Shown one piece after another: positions 27,422 through 35,831 of a stretch of 43,420 nucleotides of DNA. The DNA is from Acinetobacter phage SH-Ab 15497. The stretch lies in sequence record MG674163.1; one strand, 5' to 3'. The notes under the pieces are model-generated. The model was not told the DNA's origin. It did no database searches and worked only from the letters and a program-made list of their open reading frames with translations. The position numbers and the translations under genes were made by a program. Each line of letters opens with the position of its first letter. Positions within the stretch are counted from its first letter, which is position 1.

Positions 27422-27943
27422 ATGTTCTTAACTAAACCAGAAATCGACCTATATTTAGACATCGCAATCCGTGCGGCGCAAGAGTCGAAGATAGACAAGG
27501 CCAAGGTAGGCTGTGTAAATTTATATGCTAGTGGCTTGATGTCGCTCGGATGGAATCAAATGCCTGAGGGACCAACTTACCCTGACGACGGCCGCCTCCA
27601 CTCAGTGCACGCAGAAGCTGCGGCATCATCTTTGGCTTGGAAAAATGGGCACTCAACCAAACACCACTACAAATTCATCAGTCAGGAGCCTTGCCTTGCA
27701 TGTGCCAAACAGGCGTACTCAGAGGGGGCCACGGCTGTCGTTTTCTTTAAGCCGTACGGCATCGTAGAGGGTCTGCGCTACTTATATAGCCGCGGCATTG
27801 ACGTAGTGGTAAGAAAAGAAAACGGGACGCAGCCGAACACATACTTCTTATTAACCGAGTGGTATGAGGGGATGCCGAGTGAAGCCAAGTGGGACGACGA
27901 GTTCCGAATGTATGCTCACCCGTTGTTTCTGAACGACGCTTAG
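27422..27943 (+). CDS. dCMP / cytidine deaminase family zinc enzyme
   Basis: The zinc-binding motifs are SVHAEAAAS (H-A-E) and QEPCLACAKQ (PCxxC). The start is preceded by GAGATAATAGATATG. Confidence 0.7.
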   Translation: MFLTKPEIDLYLDIAIRAAQESKIDKAKVGCVNLYASGLMSLGWNQMPEGPTYPDDGRLHSVHAEAAASSLAWKNGHSTKHHYKFISQEPCLACAKQAYSEGATAVVFFKPYGIVEGLRYLYSRGIDVVVRKENGTQPNTYFLLTEWYEGMPSEAKWDDEFRMYAHPLFLNDA

Positions 27944-27961
27944 TGGCCGAGGAGAACGACG

Positions 27962-29440
27962 ATGGAAAAAGGTGCACAACGCTACACCATATTCGGACCA
28001 CCTGGCACTGGCAAGAGTACGGAAATAATTAAACGATTTAAGGAATATCTTGATCAGGGATACCATAAGGACCGAATTGGGTTAGTGTCGTTTACAAAGG
28101 CATCGGCCCAAGAATTAGCGGAGCGAATTGGTGTTAAAGCAGGAAAAAACATTAGTACAATCCATTCGATGTGTTATAGAATCTGCGAAGTTATCAGAGA
28201 GCAGGTTATTGGATGGCAGCATTTACGGGAATTCTCAAAAGTCGTTAAGATGGAATTCAGCGGGGCTAATCCTGACGATAGTGAGGAACTCACCGAAGGC
28301 GATGTTTATCTCTCTCTACATGGACTCGCCGTCGCTACCCGTGAGGCGTATCGGGAAGTTTACATGCGGTCAGATCGTGTGGGGTCTATGGCGCAGTTTT
28401 TATGGTTCTGCGAATCTTATGACGACTGGAAACGGGAAAGTGGTTATGTCGATTTCGGAGATATGCTGGTTGATGCACTCCAAAAACCAGCACCAGATTT
28501 CGACGTCCTGTTTGTGGATGAGGCCCAAGACTTATCCCGACTACAGTGGATGGTGATCAATCACTGGTGCCAAGATATCCCGATTGTACATGTGGCGGGC
28601 GACGATGATCAGGCGATTTATGTTTGGGGCGGTGCTGACCCGACGGGGATGTCAACGTGGGAGACGCTTCACAAAGCGGAACGCCAAGTGTTAGGCCAAT
28701 CGTGGCGAATCCCGAAATCGGTGCATGGCTTGGCCCAGTCGGTGATCCATATGGTATCAGAGCGTGTCGAAAAGCCGTACGTGTCTCGCCCCGAAGAGGG
28801 TAAACTGGAGTACATTAATAATGAATGGGCACTCCAAGCTGAGCATGGTGAAGACGTCTTGGTTCTGTACCGTTCCCACTGTTTGCGCGAAGGCATTGAG
28901 GACGTGCTCATCGCTCGCAATATCCCATACACCGTGGACAACGGAAAAGCAGGAATTCTAAACGGTAAACTTGCCAAGGCCATAGCACAGTATTTCAAGC
29001 TAGTTGAAAACATCGACAAAACTGGCATGCCGATGATGACTGACCGTGACTTGCGGATGCTCGCAAAGAACATGAAATACACGTATAAGCTGGCCGTGGA
29101 AAAAGAGGACTGGACAAGATTGGGGGGAGAATGGTATGATGTGCTTCAAGGCGATGAGCATGAATACAATTACCTGAAAGCGGTCTATTCTACTCATGGC
29201 ATGCGGGTGCGCCCTACAATACATTTATCATCAATCCACGGGTCCAAGGGACGGGAGGCAGATCACGTGATTCTGCTGAACGGTGTGACTGAACGGACCA
29301 GTGGGAATATGGCGATGTCACAGGCCAATTATGATGCTGAAATGCGTACGTTCTATGTAGGCGTAACACGTGCCCGCCACAAATTGACAATAGTAGAGGG
29401 ACCTAACCCACTACGTGAAATACGCAACACTTGGAGATAA
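27962..29440 (+). CDS. Superfamily 1 DNA helicase (UvrD/RecD-like)
   Basis: It has Walker A (FGPPGTGKST), motif II (LFVDEAQDL), RIPKSV, and a C-terminal VGVTRARHKLTIV block. Confidence 0.7.
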   Translation: MEKGAQRYTIFGPPGTGKSTEIIKRFKEYLDQGYHKDRIGLVSFTKASAQELAERIGVKAGKNISTIHSMCYRICEVIREQVIGWQHLREFSKVVKMEFSGANPDDSEELTEGDVYLSLHGLAVATREAYREVYMRSDRVGSMAQFLWFCESYDDWKRESGYVDFGDMLVDALQKPAPDFDVLFVDEAQDLSRLQWMVINHWCQDIPIVHVAGDDDQAIYVWGGADPTGMSTWETLHKAERQVLGQSWRIPKSVHGLAQSVIHMVSERVEKPYVSRPEEGKLEYINNEWALQAEHGEDVLVLYRSHCLREGIEDVLIARNIPYTVDNGKAGILNGKLAKAIAQYFKLVENIDKTGMPMMTDRDLRMLAKNMKYTYKLAVEKEDWTRLGGEWYDVLQGDEHEYNYLKAVYSTHGMRVRPTIHLSSIHGSKGREADHVILLNGVTERTSGNMAMSQANYDAEMRTFYVGVTRARHKLTIVEGPNPLREIRNTWR

Positions 29441-29443
29441 GAG

Positions 29444-31318
29444 ATGGCATTCCCGAATATTGAACAGTATCCTCAAATTTCTGTCGACTGCGAGTCCACG
29501 GGTCTTGAGTGGTATAAGGAGGACCGAGCGTTCGGTGTCTCTATTTATCTACCAACTGGCGACGCTGAATACTATGACATCCGAAAGGACCGCAACGCAT
29601 TCCATTGGATGAAGGACAACTTGTGGAAAGCCAAGAAGATCGTCAACCACAACATCAAATTCGATATCCATATGTTGCGGGCGACAGGGATTAACCTTAA
29701 TCCCGCCAATTGTGAATGTACGATGATCAGGGCGGCATTAATTGATGAACACCTCCTCAAGTATGACCTAGATTCACTGCTCAAGAAATACTTAAAGATG
29801 TCAAAGGATAACGACATCTATGCGGATTTAGCACAAATATTCGGAGGCCAACCTACTCGTAAAGTGCAAATCCTGAACCTACACCGTGCACCAGTTGACC
29901 TAGTTGCCCGATATGCCAACATCGATACCGAGGGAGCATATAAACTGTGGGAGTGGCAGGAGGGCGAAATCGAACGCCAAGACCTTCACCAAGTGTGGCA
30001 ACTGGAACGCCGCCTATTCAGGCACATCGTGGAAATGGAACGCCGTGGGATCCGCATCGACCCGAACGAGGCAAACCGCCGTGCGGAGGAACTGGACCGA
30101 GTGACGGCAGAAACTGTGGCCGAATTGAACAGGCTGGCTGGGTTTGAAGTGAACCCGAACCCATCAGGGTCGATCAAGAAATTGTTCAACCCTAAGCAAA
30201 ATGAGGCAGGGATTTGGGTCGCACGTGATGGTACTCCATTACCCAAGACCGATTCGGGCGCACCAAGCCTTGGGGCCAAATCACTGGAATCAATGACTGA
30301 CCCATGCGCCAAGTTGATCTTAAAGGCCCGAAAACTGAACAAGACCAAGGATACCTTTATTCGAGGCCACGTACTGGGACACGCCATTCAAAACGGACAG
30401 GACTGGTTTGTACACCCAAACATCAACCAGACCAAGAGCGACACGGGCGACGGCTCAGAGGGCACGGGAACTGGACGCCTATCATATACCCGACCAGCCC
30501 TGCAGCAGATTCCATCACGTGACAAGGAGATTGCATCAATTGTGCGCCCGATCTTCCTACCTGACCGTGGTCAAAAATGGTCATATGGTGACTTAGACCA
30601 ACATGAATTCCGAATATTTGCCCACTACGCAAACCCGAAGGATATTATCGAAGCCTATGCCCAAAATCCCGATCTAGACATGCATCAAATCGTGGCCGAC
30701 CTAACTGGAATGCCACGGTCAGCAACCAAAGCGGGGGAGGCGAACGCCAAGCAGATCAACTTAGGCATGGTCTTCAACATGGGCGCGGGTGAATTGGCCT
30801 CACAGATGGGACTACCATTCACAATTGAATCGGTGGATTTCGGCGATCATGTGCATGACCTGAAAAAGGCAGGGCCTGAGACACTGGAAATCGTCGAAAA
30901 CTATTATGCCAAGGTGCAGGGGGTGAAGGAAATGGCCCGTAAAGCTAGAACTATCGCCAAATCACGCGGATATGTTAGAACTTTGATGGGACGTCACATC
31001 CGATTCCCGCGTGGGATGTTCACATATAAAGCGTCTGGTTTGATCTTCCAAGGAACCGCTGGCGATCTAAACAAGCTCAATATCTGTAACATTGCGGAGT
31101 ACTTGGAATCTGAGTGCCCATATAACCGTCTATTGTTGAATATCCACGACGAGTATTCAGTATCATTGGAGGATGACGGCAAGGAGATTAAGCACCTGAA
31201 AGAACTTCAAGGATTGGTACAGCATCGCCCAGAGCTTAGAGTGCCTATCCGAATCGATTTTTCACATCCTGCGCCTAACTGGTGGCTAGCCACCCGCGCA
31301 GACCTAGCAACAAAATAA
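29444..31318 (+). CDS. dpoZ: Family A DNA polymerase with 3'-5' exonuclease domain; DpoZ candidate
   Basis: The Exo I motif is ISVDCESTGL. Pol motif A is GDLDQHEFRIFAHYA, motif B is RSATKAGEANAKQINLGMVFNMG, and motif C is LNIHDEYSV. The start is inside GGAGATAAGAGATG and overlaps the helicase TAA stop. Confidence 0.8.
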   Translation: MAFPNIEQYPQISVDCESTGLEWYKEDRAFGVSIYLPTGDAEYYDIRKDRNAFHWMKDNLWKAKKIVNHNIKFDIHMLRATGINLNPANCECTMIRAALIDEHLLKYDLDSLLKKYLKMSKDNDIYADLAQIFGGQPTRKVQILNLHRAPVDLVARYANIDTEGAYKLWEWQEGEIERQDLHQVWQLERRLFRHIVEMERRGIRIDPNEANRRAEELDRVTAETVAELNRLAGFEVNPNPSGSIKKLFNPKQNEAGIWVARDGTPLPKTDSGAPSLGAKSLESMTDPCAKLILKARKLNKTKDTFIRGHVLGHAIQNGQDWFVHPNINQTKSDTGDGSEGTGTGRLSYTRPALQQIPSRDKEIASIVRPIFLPDRGQKWSYGDLDQHEFRIFAHYANPKDIIEAYAQNPDLDMHQIVADLTGMPRSATKAGEANAKQINLGMVFNMGAGELASQMGLPFTIESVDFGDHVHDLKKAGPETLEIVENYYAKVQGVKEMARKARTIAKSRGYVRTLMGRHIRFPRGMFTYKASGLIFQGTAGDLNKLNICNIAEYLESECPYNRLLLNIHDEYSVSLEDDGKEIKHLKELQGLVQHRPELRVPIRIDFSHPAPNWWLATRADLATK

Positions 31319-31321
31319 GTA

Positions 31322-31350
31322 TTGACCCCCAATCCTGCCTGTAGTATAAT
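31322..31350 (+). promoter_or_regulatory. Sigma70-like promoter TTGACC-17-TATAAT with the -10 flanked by CCTGCC/GGCAGG hairpin arms
   Basis: The hexamers are at 31322..31327 and 31345..31350. The spacer contains the cccaatc element shared with the promoters at 35745, 39199 and 42270. Confidence 0.5.
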
Positions 31351-31376
31351 GGGCAGGTCTACTACGGAGATTAGAG

Positions 31377-31676
31377 ATGACACAGCAATATGATAATCGC
31401 AACTCTGGCGCATTGTTTCCAAACGATCGCAAGACTAAGCAATCACACCCAGATTATAAGGGTACAATGACTGACGCAGACGGTCAGGAGTTTTGGATTT
31501 CGGCTTGGGTCAAGCAGGGCAGAAAAGGCGAATTCCTATCATTGGCGTTTGAAAAGAAAGAGGACCGACCTGCTGAGGGACCACGAACCTTGGGCGGCTC
31601 GACCCCTAAGCCATCGGCCCCTAAACAGAACCGCAATCCACCTCCTGCAGACCTTGATGACGACCTTCCATTCTAA
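31377..31676 (+). CDS. Small protein with an SSB-like C-terminal tail (DDDLPF)
   Basis: The 99 aa protein has a Pro/Gly-rich linker (GPRTLGGSTPKPSAPKQNRNPPP) and the terminal DLDDDLPF, which matches the bacterial SSB C-terminal tip motif DDDIPF. The start is inside GGAGATTAGAGATG. Confidence 0.5.
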   Translation: MTQQYDNRNSGALFPNDRKTKQSHPDYKGTMTDADGQEFWISAWVKQGRKGEFLSLAFEKKEDRPAEGPRTLGGSTPKPSAPKQNRNPPPADLDDDLPF

Positions 31677-31688
31677 GAGTAAACAGAC

Positions 31689-32852
31689 ATGAAAAAAGCA
31701 ACAGTAATTTGTGATATGCAATTCGGTTCAACTGGTAAAGGCCTAATCGCTGGCTTCTTGGCTGAACGTGACCAACCAGATGTAGTAGTAACGGCTTGGT
31801 CAGCAAACGCGGGACATACTTACATCAACCGCGAAGGACGCAAGTGGGTGCATTGCATGCTGGCCAACGGCATCGTGTCACCTAAACTTAAGGCAGTATT
31901 GATCGGCGGCGGCTCTCAAATGTCGATCCCTACTTTAATATCTGAGATCATGGGATCATTGGACATTCTCCAAGGTAAATCGATTCTAATTCACGAGAAT
32001 GCATGTATCATTCAGCAACGCCATGTGGAAGAAGAAGCAGGCCCAATGACCAAGATCGGTTCTACTAAGAAGGGCTGTGGTGCGGCAATGATGGAAAAAA
32101 TCCGTCGCAACCCTGAATCTAAAATCGTAGCGAAAGACTTCATCGACGATGGCTTAGAGATCCCAGATTTCAAGCTAGACGGAACAGTTGGATTTAAGGA
32201 CATCTCGCGCCACTTCGAGGAATTAGGTGTCTGCATTAAAGTAGTGAGCAATGAAGTGTATCTGGCCGTACTCCACAAGGCCGAGCGTGTGCAAGTGGAA
32301 GGCGCTCAGGGTTTCAGTCTAGGTCTGCATAATGGATTCTACCCATATGTAACATCGCGTGAATGTACGCCTGCTCAGATTTGTAGCGACTGCAACGTGC
32401 CGATTTCAATGGTCGACAAGGTAGTGGGCACAATGCGCACCTACCCGATACGTGTGGCCAATCGTTTTGACGATGAAGGAAAAATGGTCGGATGGTCAGG
32501 GCCGTGTTACTCGGACCAAACGGAACTTACTTGGGAACAAATGGGTGTCACCCCTGAGAAGACCACCGTGACCAAACTGACCCGCCGTATTTTTAGTTTC
32601 AGCCGCATGCAGACCCGTCAGGCAATGCTGGTATGTATGCCAGATGAAATTTTCTTGAACTTCGCCAACTATTGTGCAAGCGAAGACGAGTTGGCATCGA
32701 TCATCGAAGTGATTTCAAACGAAGGCGGTGACGTATCATACATCGGGTGGGGCGACTCCGCTGCGCACATTGAGACAACGCTCGAAGGCGATTGGTCCGA
32801 CGACACTAATCCGTTGTTCAACCAATACAACAAATCATCAAATATAGCATAA
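31689..32852 (+). CDS. purZ: Adenylosuccinate synthetase homolog; PurZ candidate (2-aminoadenine pathway)
   Basis: The PurA-family blocks are SANAGHTYI (PurA GHNAGHT), GSTKKGCGAA (PurA GTTGRGIGPA) and EGAQGFSLGLHNGFYPYVTSR (PurA [21 protein letters not shown]). The P-loop is GSTGKGL instead of the canonical GDEGKGK. At 387 aa it is shorter than host PurA. Confidence 0.75.
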   Translation: MKKATVICDMQFGSTGKGLIAGFLAERDQPDVVVTAWSANAGHTYINREGRKWVHCMLANGIVSPKLKAVLIGGGSQMSIPTLISEIMGSLDILQGKSILIHENACIIQQRHVEEEAGPMTKIGSTKKGCGAAMMEKIRRNPESKIVAKDFIDDGLEIPDFKLDGTVGFKDISRHFEELGVCIKVVSNEVYLAVLHKAERVQVEGAQGFSLGLHNGFYPYVTSRECTPAQICSDCNVPISMVDKVVGTMRTYPIRVANRFDDEGKMVGWSGPCYSDQTELTWEQMGVTPEKTTVTKLTRRIFSFSRMQTRQAMLVCMPDEIFLNFANYCASEDELASIIEVISNEGGDVSYIGWGDSAAHIETTLEGDWSDDTNPLFNQYNKSSNIA

Positions 32853-32864
32853 GGACTACCGCAC

Positions 32865-34022
32865 ATGTCAGGCAATAAATTCGACCAAGAAAAAGTTGAC
32901 CTACATGTGCTCGACCCTTTCTTTATAGAGGGTACGGCACGTGTGGCACAATTCGGGGAACAAAAATACGGGCGTTCAAATTGGATGCAGGGACTGACCC
33001 AGACACGCATCATAAACGCGATCAAGCGACACATTGCACAAATCGAAAAAGGAGAAGACATCGATGAAGAGTCAGGATTCCACCACGCTTACCACGCAGC
33101 ATGGGGATGCCAAGTACTCGCCTACCAACACCGAAACGGGCAAACCCATCTCGACGATCGCCGTTGGTCAGAAAGTGTTCGAGACGCTGACACTAAAATC
33201 GGGACATGTGAGGGTATTAGCGGACATACCGTGCCGTGCATGTATGAAGGTCCCTTTGGAAGGCTACACCCTGTCGATGGCGAAAAAGATGGACTGGTTA
33301 TGTCCTTCGTGCAATCAGAAGCAGATGAGGGAACGGCGCAAGGCGACCCAATCCAACAACTACAACAAATGATCTCTGAGTGGGCCGATCAAGTATATCC
33401 AGACCGTACAGTTGAAAACGCCCTCACTAAAATGATGCTGCATGAAATCCCTGAATTGTTGCACGGCAAAGCCATGGATCCTGCAGAATTCGCAGACGTA
33501 GCGATCTTATTGTTTGACGTGGCCCACCTCCAAGGAATCGACATAGCACAAGCCATGCGCGAAAAGATGGAAATAAACCAAGCACGCGACTGGAAAATAG
33601 ACCCTGCCACTGGTCTGATGTCACACGTGAAGCCGAAAGGAATGATGGAAACAATACGCGACGCCGTCCAAGGGATAGGTGACGCGGCTAGAATTATGGC
33701 GGCCCCTAGTCGTTTGCTCAATGGCAACAATATGGAACTTGCAGAATATACAGCCGAAACCCTTCCGAAACCGCCCGAAAAACCTTGGGAAATCACTATC
33801 CCAAACTGGGCTTTAAAGACAGAGGAGGGCACGCATATAAAGCTTCGCGCAGGGTCTGGAGTATTTGGACGAGTAAAATATCAGTCTCAATGTATATTAA
33901 TGCACAAGAACATGCGCAAACGCAGCCACCTAGAAACTTATTACTGTGCCACAATCAAAGACACAGTAACAGAAGATGAATACAACGTACCTTGGAGCGA
34001 GATTGAACCATGGACAAACTAA
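32865..34022 (+). CDS. mazZ: Two-domain nucleotide pyrophosphohydrolase, N-terminal dATP/dGTP-PPase-like domain plus MazG-like domain; MazZ candidate
   Basis: The N-terminal domain has [11 protein letters not shown], which is DUF550/dATP_dGTP_PPHyd-like. The central MazG-like helical block is [32 protein letters not shown]...[20 protein letters not shown]. Confidence 0.6.
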
Positions 34023-34621
34023 ACATCCGTGACATCCTTCGGGCACAAGATGTGACCCGTTGGCAAATTGTCCGCACCAAGAAACAATCAGTGGCAGAAC
34101 ACACCTTCGCAGTGCAGGCCGTCTTGATGCGTCTTGTGCCACTCCTTATATCTACGTATACAGCACCTATGAAAGTAGGATTTGAGGAGCGGTTGTTATG
34201 TGAGTGCATAATGGGGGCCTTCTGGCATGATATTCCTGAGGTGATCACTGGAGATATTGCGTCTCCAGTTAAGCGCCTTATACGGGACGGGGGCGACATA
34301 ACCCCGTTGGATGACCTAGAGAAAAAGGTGGATCCAGCGTTCATTAAGTGCTACACGGCGGCCAAGCCTCTGACATTGGCGATCATCAAGTGTGCAGATT
34401 TAATGGAAATGGTGTACCACCTAAACGAATACGGCGACCAACGCGCAAACTCCCACTCATGGAGAGTGCAACATGGCATTAACAACGCATTCCATGAACA
34501 CATACACAATTGCAGCGAGAATTTCCCAGCTTTTAAATGGGATGTCGCCCATGGGTTGCTGATTGAAATGCTGGACCCGTCGCAAGAAACGGATATTGAC
34601 TCTATAGTGAATGGAATATGA
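34010..34621 (+). CDS. datZ: HD-domain phosphohydrolase; DatZ (dATP triphosphohydrolase) candidate
   Basis: The HD motif elements are AEHTF (His) and [13 protein letters not shown] (HD...D). The gene overlaps the mazZ-like stop and the downstream nuclease start. Confidence 0.65.
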
Positions 34622-35085
34622 AGCCTGAACAAAAGCTGTACCAAGACCTGAAAACAAAAGCTCTTGACAAATTGGTAGGTGTGCGTCATGATCGAGTGGA
34701 GCCGATGTTCGGCTTCGCGATCCCAGACTTGACTTTCACATACGAAGGCCATCACGGGTGGATCGAACTTAAGGTGTGTGAATATCTTAAAGCCAAAGGA
34801 TGTGAAGGGAATAAAGTCCCGATGCAATCACCAGTTAAAATGGACTGGCGCCCCAACCAGCGCAAATGGTTATACGACCGTGATCGCCTAGGTGGCAATT
34901 GCTGGTTGCTTGTGTGGCATCACACAGGATACTATGCCCTTAAAGGCATATACGCGATGCAGGTTGCAGAAGCCATGAGCTTATCAGTTACCATAAGCCC
35001 CCAAGAGTTGACAGGGGGATACTACGCCCTCCACTCTACCGACCTAAACCCGAAATTTTTACGCAGAATCATGCAAGGGAAATAA
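34618..35085 (+). CDS. VRR-NUC / PD-(D/E)xK nuclease
   Basis: The PD-(D/E)xK motif is AIPDLTF..GHHGWIELK, followed by PNQRKWLYDRDRLGGNCWLLVW, which is VRR-NUC-like. Confidence 0.6.
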   Translation: MKPEQKLYQDLKTKALDKLVGVRHDRVEPMFGFAIPDLTFTYEGHHGWIELKVCEYLKAKGCEGNKVPMQSPVKMDWRPNQRKWLYDRDRLGGNCWLLVWHHTGYYALKGIYAMQVAEAMSLSVTISPQELTGGYYALHSTDLNPKFLRRIMQGK

Positions 35086-35086
35086 T

Positions 35087-35713
35087 ATGGACATCATAGA
35101 TAAGTCAAGAACAGAACGATTAGTTGAAATAGTATACGGTAACAAGAACGGCGCGCCGATGGATGAGGAATTTAAAGCCAAATTGACCAAGTGTTTCAGT
35201 ATCTGCAAGTGCGCCAACCAAGAGTTTGAGGATAAATCACTTGAATTTAAACTGGCAGTGATGGCCGAACGCGTCAGTGCCGAAATAACAGAAGAGCATC
35301 ACGTTGGACACGACATCGCCGTCCATTATTTCATGGCTCTGTCAATGGAGCGCGATCTCCAAGCAGATAAAGTGGCAAACGAGCTGAAAGCCAAACTCAA
35401 TTTGCAGGACCCAGAGGCCAAAGTGACGCGGGTGATACGCAAGGAATACGACCTATATTACCATCTCAACTTCTATGATGTGGCCTGCAAGCGCAGCCTA
35501 AACATTGCGTTCACTCTAGACGGCCAAAATCTTAGTTCGGAGGATTGGCACGATGAATTTTTGGCCCAAATGAATCAAGTGATCAATGAACACAAGATAA
35601 AGATTATGACTACCCGCCACCCAGACTGTGACGCTAAAGGGTGTCAATATGCCGCAGAGCACGGGGCCGAAGGTTCATGCGCAGGCCGATGTTACTGGGT
35701 GAATATTCATTGA
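35087..35713 (+). CDS. Hypothetical protein, 208 aa, Cys/His-rich C-terminus
   Basis: A GGGAAATAATATG RBS is present and the gene sits in the early module. Confidence 0.5.
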   Translation: MDIIDKSRTERLVEIVYGNKNGAPMDEEFKAKLTKCFSICKCANQEFEDKSLEFKLAVMAERVSAEITEEHHVGHDIAVHYFMALSMERDLQADKVANELKAKLNLQDPEAKVTRVIRKEYDLYYHLNFYDVACKRSLNIAFTLDGQNLSSEDWHDEFLAQMNQVINEHKIKIMTTRHPDCDAKGCQYAAEHGAEGSCAGRCYWVNIH

Positions 35714-35744
35714 CCGCTCGTCGGGCCTTGTTGACAAAATATAT

Positions 35745-35773
35745 TGACAAGGCCCCCAATCTATGGTATAATA
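35745..35773 (+). promoter_or_regulatory. Strong consensus promoter TTGACA-aggcccccaatctatgg-TATAAT; second TTGACA at 35731 inside a GGGCCTTG/CAAGGCCC hairpin
   Basis: The hexamers are at 35745..35750 and 35768..35773 with 17-nt spacing. The hairpin arms are at 35723..35730 and 35748..35755. A conserved leader ATTTGAAAGGCGGCAGGGGTCGC follows. Confidence 0.6.
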
Positions 35774-35831
35774 AAATTTGAAAGGCGGCAGGGGTCGCTG
35801 AAATGGGAAGGGTCCCAATCGGAGATTAGAG

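Noticed and set aside
33034-33372. Alternative-frame ORF of 112 aa inside the MazG-like gene, and similar internal alternative-frame ORFs at 5824..6078, 7507..7743, 26848..27033, 28128..28556, 28764..28961, 29904..30104, 29947..30147, 30304..30522, 35890..36093 and 37264..37545 upstream part
   Set aside because: The host-gene frames carry the recognisable domain motifs. The alternative frames are Lys/Arg-rich or Cys-rich low-complexity sequence with no RBS.
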